A stretch of 64,000 nt of DNA from Chrysochromulina tobinii (lineage: Eukaryota): NCBI GenBank assembly GCA_001275005.1, contig JWZX01003278.1, positions 1 to 64,000 on the forward strand, given 5' to 3'. The translations under genes were made by a program, and so were the position numbers. This document shows, piece after piece, positions 1 to 10,200 of this stretch; within the stretch, counting starts at the first letter, position 1; each line of letters starts with the position of its first letter. The notes under the pieces were generated by a model. The model did not search any database. It saw only the letters and a program-made list of their open reading frames with translations, and was not told the DNA's origin.

Positions 1-73
1 ACCCCCCCCCTCTCCGCTTGATCTTTGCCGTCGTGCTGGATATGTTCGGAAGTACCCTTTGCGCGTCGACTTT

Positions 74-949
74 CTACAGCTCAGAATGCGACGCCGGCGT
101 CGAGCTGACCGTGGGGAGAGGGTTCTTCTTGCGCTTGATGGCGCAGCAGATGCAGCACGCGTAGATGGCAGCGGCGATGAGCGCCGGAGCGACCAGTAAG
201 ATGGCGCCCCACGCGAAGAGGCCCATCCTTGCCCACGGAAGACGCGCATAGTCCGGATCAATCGGGCTCACAGCTGTGAGGCCCGTGAGGGTCGTTTGGC
301 GGAAGTCGCCGTGCGGCGTAGAGATGGGCTTGTTGGCCGGGATCGTATGGCATGTGAAGTCGCCAGACTGATTGGACGCGAAGATGCGGCCGGCAATGTT
401 GATCCAGGAGGTAATCATGGCGCTTGCGTGCAGCATGCGGTACGAGAAGAAGCGCTGCGCAAACGACTTATTGGCCATAATCTCTGCCTTGTGTTTGGCA
501 AGGGCCGCGGGCAACGGTACGTCGGACACCTTGCCCGCCACGATTTCCTCCTTCACGAATTCGAATGCGGCCGCGTCCATCTTTGCCATGTGCAATCTGA
601 TCAGAAACCAGCCGATGGTCAATCCCCCCAGGCACCAGATGAAAGACAAGAGCACGGCGGGAGGCAGTCCAGTATTATGGATCAGCATTGATGTTGCCTG
701 GGCCCATATCATTGATATGATGTACCAATAACCAAACCACGAGTGCAGCCGCCACGCAGGGGGGCCCTGCCAGAGCCGAGTAAGCATGCAACCAATGCCG
801 GCCAGAAAGACAATGTAGCAGAAGAAGACGTGCGCAAAGTACATACTTCTGAGGCATGAGATCTTCGACCACGACCACGTGTAGTCCGGGCTGGTCAAAG
901 TGTCCATCGGCACAATAGAATCGCTCATGTTGGAGAAAAGCGATTCCAT
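74..949 (-). CDS. Multi-pass membrane protein, possibly DUF2306-like
   Basis: The ORF is open from 1012 (GTG); first ATG is at 949. About 6 hydrophobic segments, with His motifs AHVFF, LHSWFGYWY and LHASAMITSW that resemble the H..G..Y and H...M..S pattern of DUF2306 proteins. Family call tentative. Confidence 0.6.
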   Translation of the reverse strand: MESLFSNMSDSIVPMDTLTSPDYTWSWSKISCLRSMYFAHVFFCYIVFLAGIGCMLTRLWQGPPAWRLHSWFGYWYIISMIWAQATSMLIHNTGLPPAVLLSFIWCLGGLTIGWFLIRLHMAKMDAAAFEFVKEEIVAGKVSDVPLPAALAKHKAEIMANKSFAQRFFSYRMLHASAMITSWINIAGRIFASNQSGDFTCHTIPANKPISTPHGDFRQTTLTGLTAVSPIDPDYARLPWARMGLFAWGAILLVAPALIAAAIYACCICCAIKRKKNPLPTVSSTPASHSEL

Positions 950-1316
950 GCGAGAAGCGAGAGAAGCGAGAGGCCGCGGGGTGGGTTGGATGCTTGCAGA
1001 AGGGTTGCGCACACTCAGAACAAATGAATCTCGCTGATTCCTATCTCGACAAGATCACGGGACCGGTGGTTCCAAAAGTGAGGGAGTGCGACGCTTAGAG
1101 AAGTGCGAGAACTGTTCTCGCCCATGATACCAAGGGACCGGAAACTCCGATTACTTTCGTGCTCGTAACGGGGCGCCTTCGCGCTTCGGGTGAGAGCTCG
1201 CGGCGGCGGACGAATCACGATAACCCGCGCCGTCCGGGCTCCGGCGGAACGTGCCCCGACGCGATCTTGGCGAACGATCTCTTGCGCCACGATCCTCGAT
1301 CGGTTTCTTACACCTT

Positions 1317-1361
1317 AGTTCAAGTTCAAGTTCAAAGTTCAAAAAAACTGGACTTGAACTT
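1317..1361. repeat. Short (AGTTCA)n microsatellite followed by an inverted copy (small hairpin)
   Basis: AGTTCAAGTTCAAGTTCAAAGTTC...CTGGACTTGAACTT; AGTTCAAGT can pair with ACTTGAACT. Lies just downstream of the RBM26-like stop codon. Confidence 0.6.
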
Positions 1362-1405
1362 AACACCTTACACTTACAGTATCAGTAACATAGAAAAATG
1401 TGCGC

Positions 1406-3784
1406 CTAAAGGGCCCCTGATTTCTTTTGCTCTTGGAGCGCCTGCTCGATAGCGGCACTAAGCGTCTTGAGCTGCCCCATGAGCGACTCTCGCCCCTCTT
1501 TGTCCGCCTTGGGCAGCGCTGACACCTTAGCAAGCAGCTCCTTTTGCTGCACGAGCTGCTGTTGCACCGCCGCCGCCGCTTTGGCTGCGCCCGCGGCTTT
1601 TTCATAGGCGGCGCCCGCGACAGGGGCGGTTCGCTTGACGCCGGCAGTCGGGGCCGCTGCCAGCTTTGTTGCCGCCGCCTTGGGGCTCGCGTCTGGCTTA
1701 GGCGCGCCACCTGGCAACGCCGAATTGCCGTCTGCGGCGACCCGGGCCGCCTCTGCCGACGCTGCAGTGGCCTTGGGTGCGGGTGGGCTCCCGCGTCCAG
1801 CACCACGCCCTCCGGCAGCACGGAGTGCCGAAATCTGCTCAGCCACGCTGCCGCTGCCTCGGCCTCTCGAGGCACCTTCCGTACCGGTACCGCCGCCGCC
1901 TCTGGCGCCGCCCTTAGCACCTTTGGCGCCGCCGGCGTGCTGCTTCGCCCAACCGACGGTGATGCGCGGGTTCCCAAGGACGTACTCGGGTGAGTCCAGC
2001 GCCGCCACGGCCTCGGCGCGCGTTTTGAACTGCACGAAGGCGTGGCGGTGCTGAGGCTTGAGCTGCATGTTGACAATGGCGCCAAACTTGCCAAAATGGG
2101 ACGAGAGCTGGTCGATCGTATTGTTCTCCTCGGGGAGGTTGCCCACGAAGATGGTGCTGCCTTCCATACCGCCTGAGTTGCCGCCGCTGCTGCCGCTAGC
2201 GCCGGCACTGTTGCCGCGCCCACCAGCGCTACCAACTCCTCCGGTCGCTGCCTTACCGTCCTCGGCAGCAGGCGCGTGCGACGGTGCTGATGCTGCCGCA
2301 GGGCCTTCGGCGACTACGCCTAGCGCAGCCTCCATATTCCGAATCGCGTTCTGAAGCGATGTGGCCTGAGCATCCTCGGCATGTGGCTGCTGTTGCGGCA
2401 GATGCTGTTGCGGCAGCTGCTGCTGCAGCGGCGGCTGCTGCTGCTGCTGCTTCGCCACGGGCTGCATGGGCGGCATGGGCGGCATGGGCTGCATGGGCAT
2501 TCCGGGTCGAGCTGGGAAGGTGCCAGCCGCACTGCCACACATCGGGTTCATGTACTGGCCTCCTGCGCCAACGCCCACGCTGCACATGCCACAAGCTGCT
2601 GCCATCGCGGCTCCTCCCATCGGTGCCATGCAGCCCGGCATCGGCATGGGCGGCCGAGTACCCTGCTGCTGCATCTGCATCTGCATCTGCATCTGCTGCT
2701 GCTGTTGCTGTTGCTGCTGCTGCTGCTGCTGCTGCATGAGCTGCTGCTGGCGCATAAGGTGCTGCTGCTGCTGAAGCTGCTGCTGCTGCTGCTGAAGCTG
2801 TGGCTGCTGCATGAGCTGCTGCTGCTGCAGCAATCGCTGCCTCAACTGCTGCTGATGCTGCATGATCTGCTGCTGAGTCTGCTGCGGCGGCAAGTGCATC
2901 GCCGCCATCAGCTGTTGCTGCGCGAGCGTGGGCTGGAAAGGCCCACCCGCGCCAGGTGGCATCGTATGCATCGACAAGCTAGTTGGCGTCATACAGGGCC
3001 CGATCAGACCGGTAGGGCCGACCGGTCCCATCTGACCGTTGCCCATGGGGCCATGGGGCCATGGCGTGGGGCCCAGCGCGCTGCCGCCGATGCCAATCGG
3101 GCCGCGCCACTCGCCCTTGCCAGCCATGCCGCCGCCGTGGAAGCCGCCGCCGTGGAAGCCGCCGCCTCCCTTGCCGCCAAATTGGCTGCCCTTGCCGCCG
3201 CCTCGGCCATCGAAATTCTGTCCGCCGCCGCGGCCGCCGCCGATGCGACCGCCATGGCGGCCGCCATCAGTGCCCTTGCCCTGGGGGAATTCGCTGTTTC
3301 CCCACCCATCCTCGACTGTCCGCGGACCGCCCGGTGCAGCTGACGACGAGCTCGCCTGCACTGCAGCGCCCGCGCTGCTGCTGTCATCATCGCGTGCGGA
3401 TCGGCGTTGCCGTTTATAATCGCGCTCATCATCGTCCTCGTCGTCCTCGTCATTGTCCTCCCACCTGCGGCTGCCGCCGAGCGTCCCGACGCTCTCCTGC
3501 ACCACTTCGACGTTGCCGTCAGCCAGCGCGGCCGCAGCTCCGCTGGTCAGGTAAGCACCGCTGGTCACAGTGTCAAAGAGCCGCTGCACGAGGCCTATGG
3601 TCTCATCCCGCAGAAAGTCCTCGAGGCTCTCATTGCAGTACCGCTGGAGCTCGTCATCAGGCTTATCCTTCTTCAGAAGCGCGATGATGTAGTCTGCCAG
3701 GACGGCAGGCTCACAATCGCAATAAGGCTCGCAGGCGTCAATCAACCACCCTTTGAGCGCTGCCTCGTCCACGACCTCGATCAT
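1406..3784 (-). CDS. RBM26/27: RBM26/RBM27-like RNA-binding protein (N-terminal PWI, RGG and poly-Q low-complexity regions, RRM)
   Basis: N-terminus LKGWL...CDCEPAVLADYIIALLKKDKP...LEDFLRDETIGLVQRLF is the RBM26/27-type PWI. RRM TIFVGNLPEENNTIDQLSSHFGKFGAIVN...AFVQF...VLGNPRITVGWA. C-terminal coiled coil. No CCCH finger is evident. Confidence 0.85.
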   Translation of the reverse strand: MIEVVDEAALKGWLIDACEPYCDCEPAVLADYIIALLKKDKPDDELQRYCNESLEDFLRDETIGLVQRLFDTVTSGAYLTSGAAAALADGNVEVVQESVGTLGGSRRWEDNDEDDEDDDERDYKRQRRSARDDDSSSAGAAVQASSSSAAPGGPRTVEDGWGNSEFPQGKGTDGGRHGGRIGGGRGGGQNFDGRGGGKGSQFGGKGGGGFHGGGFHGGGMAGKGEWRGPIGIGGSALGPTPWPHGPMGNGQMGPVGPTGLIGPCMTPTSLSMHTMPPGAGGPFQPTLAQQQLMAAMHLPPQQTQQQIMQHQQQLRQRLLQQQQLMQQPQLQQQQQQLQQQQHLMRQQQLMQQQQQQQQQQQQQQMQMQMQMQQQGTRPPMPMPGCMAPMGGAAMAAACGMCSVGVGAGGQYMNPMCGSAAGTFPARPGMPMQPMPPMPPMQPVAKQQQQQPPLQQQLPQQHLPQQQPHAEDAQATSLQNAIRNMEAALGVVAEGPAAASAPSHAPAAEDGKAATGGVGSAGGRGNSAGASGSSGGNSGGMEGSTIFVGNLPEENNTIDQLSSHFGKFGAIVNMQLKPQHRHAFVQFKTRAEAVAALDSPEYVLGNPRITVGWAKQHAGGAKGAKGGARGGGGTGTEGASRGRGSGSVAEQISALRAAGGRGAGRGSPPAPKATAASAEAARVAADGNSALPGGAPKPDASPKAAATKLAAAPTAGVKRTAPVAGAAYEKAAGAAKAAAAVQQQLVQQKELLAKVSALPKADKEGRESLMGQLKTLSAAIEQALQEQKKSGAL

Positions 3785-4024
3785 CGCCTGGAACGAGAGC
3801 GACCTCGGTGCCCTCAGGCGTTTGCGGCCAGCGAGCGCTCGTTCGCGCTGCCCCTGCGCGGCGGCCGAGACGCAAAAGAAGCGAGAAAGGCACTGTGAAG
3901 GCGTCTAATTCACAGCTCGTCTCGACGTCTTCACACTTTTCAAGGAACCCTCCGTCGTTGGAACGCGACTCCACGCGCTTCTGCAATCTCCCTCGATCAT
4001 GCGATCGTCGGGTCCGACCGCACG

Positions 4025-5296
4025 ATGAGTGAAGCTTTCGATAGACGAAGAGCTGCAATCGGGCTCGCGCCGGGGATCCTTGACAGTGGTGAAAGTTACT
4101 TTGAGCTGGCTCATGTTCTCGAGCTCGGCGCCAGTGAGATGGCTGCACCCGGTCGCGCACGTAGCGCTCCTGGTGCTCGTCCGTCCTCTCAAGCAGCCTC
4201 CGAGCTGGCAGAAGCGGAGCATGCGTATCGCACCGGGTTGCGATTGTCGCCGATGGATTCGGGCGGCTACTACCAGCTTGGAAGCATGCTGCGCAGCCGT
4301 GATCGCGTAGAGGAAGCCTTGTCGTTGCTCGAAGTCGCCGCCAGACTAGACCCATCCAATGGAGCGGCGGCCAGTTCTCTCGCGTATGTGCTTCTCAACC
4401 GAGGCACGCGCTCACAGCAACGCGGGCTGCAGATGCTCGCACAAGGCGTGGATTCGGGACTTTGGGCGCGCACCATCCCTTGGCAGCACCCGGCTGAGCA
4501 CCTCGCGAGCGTGCCGGCGCCTCCGAGGCACGGGCTGCACACGCGGGCTCCATACCAGTGCGTGCTGGACCCACTCGAGAAAGCCGCACGAGAGATGGCA
4601 GCCGAGGCGACAGCGCTGCTTGCACATTTCCGCGTGCAGGCGGAGGGGCTGTCCCACCCTCGAGGTGGCTGGCGCGAGCTCAACGTGTGGCGTCTGTGCG
4701 GGCTGGGCCCTAATAGTGGACCTAATGATGGCCCTAATCAGGCGGCCGGGCCGATCCCGGAGCTGCGCACGACGTGCGCGCGCCTTCGCGAGGTGAGGGC
4801 ACTCTACCCGTACATCCAGGGCGCAATGTTCTCGGCGATAGTGCCTAACACCACGCTTGTTGCGCACTGCGGCCCTACGAACGGCCGATTGATCGCGCAC
4901 GTCGGCCTGAGCGTGCCGCAGCCGGGTGCGGCACGCCTCCACCTTGGCCGGCCGTTGTCCCTCACGCCAGCATCCCTGACAGAGGTACGTGCTCTCGGGT
5001 TGGCTGACGAGGAGGCCACCGAGATCACGTGGCAAGAGGGGCGAGGATTCGTGTGGGAGGACAGCATCAGCCATGAGGTAGTGTGGCGCAGCACGGCCGT
5101 CGCAGGAGAGCACAAGGCGACACCTGTCGTAAGTGACGAGGCCTTCATCACGAGTAACCCGCGCATCATCCTTCTACTCCTCTTGCTGTCGCCCGCCATG
5201 ACCGGGCAGCAGATTTGCACTCGAGCCGCTCCGACCCCGCGCCTACCGGCCAGCGAGGCTCAGCGCGCGGCGAACGTCGACTGCGTTGAAACTTAG
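4025..5296 (+). CDS. TPR-containing aspartyl/asparaginyl beta-hydroxylase-family Fe(II)/2OG oxygenase
   Basis: TPR-like helices (YFELAHVL...AEHAYRTGLRLSP...YYQLGSML...ARLDP), then AspH catalytic motifs MFSAIVP..LVAHCGPTNGRLIAHVGLSVP, WQEG..FVWEDSISHEV and RIILLL. Confidence 0.85.
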   Translation: MSEAFDRRRAAIGLAPGILDSGESYFELAHVLELGASEMAAPGRARSAPGARPSSQAASELAEAEHAYRTGLRLSPMDSGGYYQLGSMLRSRDRVEEALSLLEVAARLDPSNGAAASSLAYVLLNRGTRSQQRGLQMLAQGVDSGLWARTIPWQHPAEHLASVPAPPRHGLHTRAPYQCVLDPLEKAAREMAAEATALLAHFRVQAEGLSHPRGGWRELNVWRLCGLGPNSGPNDGPNQAAGPIPELRTTCARLREVRALYPYIQGAMFSAIVPNTTLVAHCGPTNGRLIAHVGLSVPQPGAARLHLGRPLSLTPASLTEVRALGLADEEATEITWQEGRGFVWEDSISHEVVWRSTAVAGEHKATPVVSDEAFITSNPRIILLLLLLSPAMTGQQICTRAAPTPRLPASEAQRAANVDCVET

Positions 5297-5555
5297 ATGT
5301 TAGAATCTTTCGTTGAAACGCGAATACGCGTGTACGATGTAGCCTTAGGAACTACGGTTTAATTGATAATTATGAAACTGCATTATTCGATGTACTTGAT
5401 TTAAATCGAGCTACGGATGTCAATTTTTGCCGATGATCTGCACCAATCCCTGCAGCGTGCGGCCAAACTGACCGAGGAGCCGTCGCTGCGGCCGCGGCAA
5501 TCTGGGCGGTCCTGGCTGGTGAGAGAGTCTCGACCACAGAGAAGCTGCCGCGCTC

Positions 5556-6899
5556 TCATAGCCTGCATCGAGAACGGCGGCATCGCCGTCGGTGGCCCGC
5601 GGCGACGCACGCAGTGTGCTCAGCAGACGACAGCGGCTGCGGCGCTTGCTGCTGCCGCTCTGCCTGTTCCTGCAGCCACTGCTGCTGCGCTTGCTCCTGC
5701 TGCTCCTGCTGCTGCTGCGGCTGCGGCTGCTGCTGGGGCTGCTGCTGGGGCTGCTGCTGCCGCTGCTGCCGCTGCGCCGACGGCGGCTGCAAGACCTGCT
5801 GTGCTTGTTGCCACGCTGCGACCCCTTCGTACCGTGTTGGCGAGGCTGACGGCGAGGCGGCCTGCGCACGGAGCTCAAGCTCCTCCTCTAGGCCGAAGAC
5901 CATCTGCTGGAGCACCTCGTCCACGTTGAAGACACCGCCCGAGCTCTGCCAGAGCTCCTGGATGATGCGCAGCACGAGCATGTGAGCGCCGCAGAGCATC
6001 GCGAACAGAAAGGACTGCAACGAGAGCACGCCCGCGATCGAGGCGGTGCCTGCACCCAGGAGCGGGAAGGCGAGCAGCTCGACGGCGGCAAGCAGGTAGA
6101 GCAGGCCGATGCCCAAAAAGGGGAACTTGCGCTGCATCGCACCCAGCCGGTAGCCGCGCGCCTGGCGCAGGTTCTTGACCGTCTCGTACACAATCGAGGG
6201 CACGCCGACCGATGTGAGGTACATGATAGCCTCGAGCGGGTCATCGGCGGGGCGCGTCGAAAGGAGCCGCGCGGGAGGGATATCGAGGCGGCGCAGATCG
6301 TTCTTCACGTACGCGCGGATCGCCGAGAGCGCCGCCGGGTAGAAGGGGCGGCCCTGGCACACGAGTGTCGTCTGCTCGAGGAGCGACTTGGCCTCGGACA
6401 CCTCCTGGAAGAGCGCGAAGTATATGCTCTCCTGCTGCTGGTAGAGCGCCGAATAGGCATTGCCGGCGAGGATCGAGAAGAGCAGCCCGATGACCGTGAG
6501 AAAGTTCTGGATGAACTGGGCGTCGTCCTCCTGCAGGATACGAATCGTGCCCACATCAAGCGTCGAGCGGATGTAGAGTGACAGGTTGTCGAAGTAGACG
6601 AAGCCGGCGACTGTGGCGATGACCGTGGGCAGCGCGACGCGCATGAGCGTCGAGAGCGCCTGCTTGGTGCGCGTCGAGAACGCCATGTTGCGCTGCATGC
6701 GTGCGGCCACCTTTGCACTCACGCCGCCGGTGAGCCGGCTCAGGCCGCTGTCCGAAGGAGACCCAGGCGCCGAGGAGGACGGCAGCGCCGTGAGGCGCAC
6801 CGCGGTCGTCCGGTGCGGCGGCGGACGTGCGGCGGTGGTGTAGCGAACGTCGTGCACGAGCGCGTTGACGAGAGGAACAAGAAGCAAAGTCTTCCACAT
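5556..6899 (-). CDS. DUF4239-like (bestrophin-related) membrane protein with N-terminal signal/transit-like leader
   Basis: Likely ATG at 6899: MWKTLLLVPLVNA, followed by an R/S/T/P-rich segment. Motif FLTVIGLLFSILAGNAY..LY.QQE.IY.ALF.EVSEAKSLLEQ, four TM helices, poly-Q tail. Confidence 0.65.
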   Translation of the reverse strand: MWKTLLLVPLVNALVHDVRYTTAARPPPHRTTAVRLTALPSSSAPGSPSDSGLSRLTGGVSAKVAARMQRNMAFSTRTKQALSTLMRVALPTVIATVAGFVYFDNLSLYIRSTLDVGTIRILQEDDAQFIQNFLTVIGLLFSILAGNAYSALYQQQESIYFALFQEVSEAKSLLEQTTLVCQGRPFYPAALSAIRAYVKNDLRRLDIPPARLLSTRPADDPLEAIMYLTSVGVPSIVYETVKNLRQARGYRLGAMQRKFPFLGIGLLYLLAAVELLAFPLLGAGTASIAGVLSLQSFLFAMLCGAHMLVLRIIQELWQSSGGVFNVDEVLQQMVFGLEEELELRAQAASPSASPTRYEGVAAWQQAQQVLQPPSAQRQQRQQQPQQQPQQQPQPQQQQEQQEQAQQQWLQEQAERQQQAPQPLSSAEHTACVAAGHRRRCRRSRCRL

Positions 6900-7252
6900 G
6901 CGGACGTACATGTAAAAGTACGCCACGGTTACATTTATCGGGCCCACCCAGATCGGGTAGAAATGCCGATGATACTCGGAGAGACAGTGGCCGGTTTATT
7001 GGCGCCAATGCAGAGAGCTAATTTGGGCTTCTGGACGGAGAAAATACAAGTTCGATTGCGAAGCGACACTGCAGCCCTGACGTAGCCCTCGCGCCTGGCG
7101 GCCACACGAGACTCGCGCGCGACCCAGGTGCGCCATCCCTTGGACGGCCCAACCATCATCTGCCCTGCGCGCTGAGTGCTCCCTTGGCCCCTACGTCTCT
7201 GACCCCCTGATGTGCTCCTGCGGCAGCAGCGGCTGGAGCCTGCTGGAGAGCC

Positions 7253-10200
7253 ATGGCGGTGGAGGCAGCAAGGGGGGGGGGCTTGGCGCCCCCTTCCTCG
7301 GCCACCGGCTTCCTCGACACGGCCGAACTCGTGCCACCCACCACAGCCGCGAAGTGGCAAACCTGGGTCTCTCTGGATGAGTCTTGGGAGGAGGGTACGG
7401 AGGAGGGCGAAGATGAGGAAATCTGCACCGTGCTCCAGACTGCGCCGCGCGACGACCAGGCCGGCCTGCGGTTCAAGGATGCGACGGGCCTGATCAGCAA
7501 GCACGCCGACAGCACAGAGCCCATCTACCCGCGCGTCAGGCTACCTTCCGATATGGAGGCGAAGGCGGTCATCGAGAGTTCAGTGCCGAAGCCACGCGCA
7601 GAGCGCGGCCGGCCCGACTCGGACCACGCGCGCGGCTTTGAGGCCGGCAGGATGGAGACGGGGCCCTTCGCGGGTGCGACCGCGTCGGTGTACAACAACG
7701 CCGACGGCCGGGGCACCTACAGCTCGCAGTCGAGCGTCGCGGCGACCGGCGTGGGTAACGAGACGCGCAGCAGTAACTCCCAGGAGACCGATGAGGAGGA
7801 GACGGCGTCTGCAGCGATGCCACCACAACAGCCGCCGCTGCCGTCACCGAAGCATCGCGCCCCGTCTTCCGCGGCGACCAGTGCAGCCGCCGCTGCCGTC
7901 TTGCCGCCGGCGGCAGCAATGGCGCCGCCACCGTCCACGTTTTCCACCCCATCGACGAGCTTTGCCGCGAGCGCGTCCACCAACTCTATCTGGGGGCGTG
8001 CCCCCGCGGCAGCGGGCGGCGCGTGTGCGCACAACTTTTCGCTCTTCGGCAGTGGGCTGGGCGGCGGCGCGCTTGGGGGGGGGGGGCTCTTTGGCGCGCA
8101 GCCGGGGTCCAAGCCGGTCTCGCCCGCGCGGTACGGCGAGCAGCTCGTGAGCGGCAATGACGCGGCGCTTGCGCTGGAGCTCCGCCGGATAGGTCTCTCC
8201 TCCTCACCTACCGGTCAACCACGCTCACCCACCATGCCCCGCCCCGTGCATACCGGCGGGCCGATGCCTTCGAGCGGCCCCATGCCCGCCAACGGCCCCA
8301 TGCCCGTGCGCGCACCGAATGCGACCGAGGACCGATGCGCTGCCGTGAGCGCCACCGGTTCCGCCGACGACCGCGGTCGCGCGCACCGACGGACCTTATC
8401 CGACCCACCGGTACCGGTCGACGCGCCCCTTGGGGTGCGTCCGCCGCCGCCGCTACCGGGCGTGGGCGGCTGGTGCCGCGCGGCCGAGCTGGACGGCAGC
8501 GCCGTGCCCACGACGCCGCCGAGGATAGGAGGCGCGACGATGCTGCTGCCGCCGCCGCCGATCTGGTCATCGTCGCACCCGCTAGCGATGTCGCACCCAC
8601 TCTCGGCGGGGCGCGCCTCAGTGGGTGGCAGCCGTCCGCCCTCATATGAGCGCGGGATGTTCGAACCCGCCCAGCCAGCGCCGCGCTCGCCCTCGTACGA
8701 GCGCGGGATGTTCGAGCGCGGCAGCGACAACCGTCCACCCTCGTGCGGCGCGACACCCGTCCCACTGATGAGGGGCGACACCTCGAGCCCAGATGGTAGG
8801 TCTTCCTACGATACATCGCTCCATTCATCGGTGCGCGGATCGCTCGATTCGGCGCTCCACCCGATGGGCGCGACCGGCATGAGCGGCATCGGCGGTGGCT
8901 TTGGTGGGATGAGCGGCGGCATGTGCGCCAGCGTCATGGGCGGCGCAGGCATGGGCGGCAGCGCCGGCATGGGCGGGGGTGGCGGCCTCGGCCTCGGCAC
9001 GATGCATCCGTCGCATCCGCGCGTGGCCTCTCTGGGTGGCGCGACGCCCTTCCAGCAGCAGCAGCCACCCGCGCACTTCAGGGACTTCACACCGGTGGAC
9101 TTCAGACCGGTGGAGGATAGCACTTACCTCGCGTCCGCCGCCTTCAACCCTGCGGCTCCGCCCGCGCCAATATCGCTGCCCCTCCACAGCAGCCGCGCTG
9201 GTTGGGCAGGTAGCCCAAGCCCTACGAGCTCATCGGCGTGGGGCCCAGACCTGCCGAACAGCCTCGGCGCGCCATCCCCGTCTGCGGTGTCGTTGCAGCA
9301 GATGCAGGCAGAGATGCGCGCGCAGCAGCAGATTCACCAGCAACAGCTGCAGCAGCAGCAGCAGCAGTTCCAGCAGCAGCTCCAGCTCCAGCAGCAAGTG
9401 CACCACCAGCAGCTGCAGCTGCAGCAGCAACGCGAGCGCCATGAGAAGCAGCTTAAGCAGCAACAGGAGGCGATGCAGCCGCCCGGCAGCCGGCTGCCCT
9501 CGTTCGACCCACACGGCAGCCGACCGGGCTCGTACGACCCGCACGCCAGCCGGCCGGGGTCGTACGACCCGCACGCCAACAGGCCAGGCTCGTACGACCC
9601 ACACGGCAACCGACCGAGCTCCTACGACGCGCATGCCAGCAGGCCGGGATCCTACGATCCACACGGCAACCGACCGGGCTCCTACGATCCGCACGCCAAC
9701 CGACCGGGCTCGTACGACCCGCACGCTAACAGGCCGGGCTCGTACGACCCACACGGCAACCGACCGGGCTCGTTCGAACCGCACGCGAACCGGCCGGGGT
9801 CCTACAACCCGCACGCCAGCCGGCCGGGCTCGTACGACCCACACGCCAGACCGCCCTCGTACGAGCGCGGCATGGGCATGGGCGGCGTCCCCAATAGCAG
9901 CGGCGGCGGTGGCATGATGGGCGGCATCAGCGGCAGCCTTGGCGGCGTCGGGCTTGTCGGCGGCACCGGCCTGCGCGTGTCGCTCGATGCCGGCCAGGGC
10001 GGCTCGCTTGCCTCCTCGGCCACCTCGCTCACTACGGGATCGGATGCGTCAGCTCGGCAATCCAAGGAGCTCATGATGAGCCCCAAGACGCGTGCGGTCT
10101 ACAAGGCCTTCTCGCACCGGCTGCGCTCCAAGGAGACCCAGGGCAGGGGCATGGCGCACGCGAGCGAGCTCGCGCGACGATGCCTGGCCGAGCTGCCCTC

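Noticed and set aside
9485..9844. Regular 30-nt repeats as a CRISPR array
   Set aside because: The units are contiguous with no unique spacers, are in frame within a eukaryotic CDS, and there are no cas genes.
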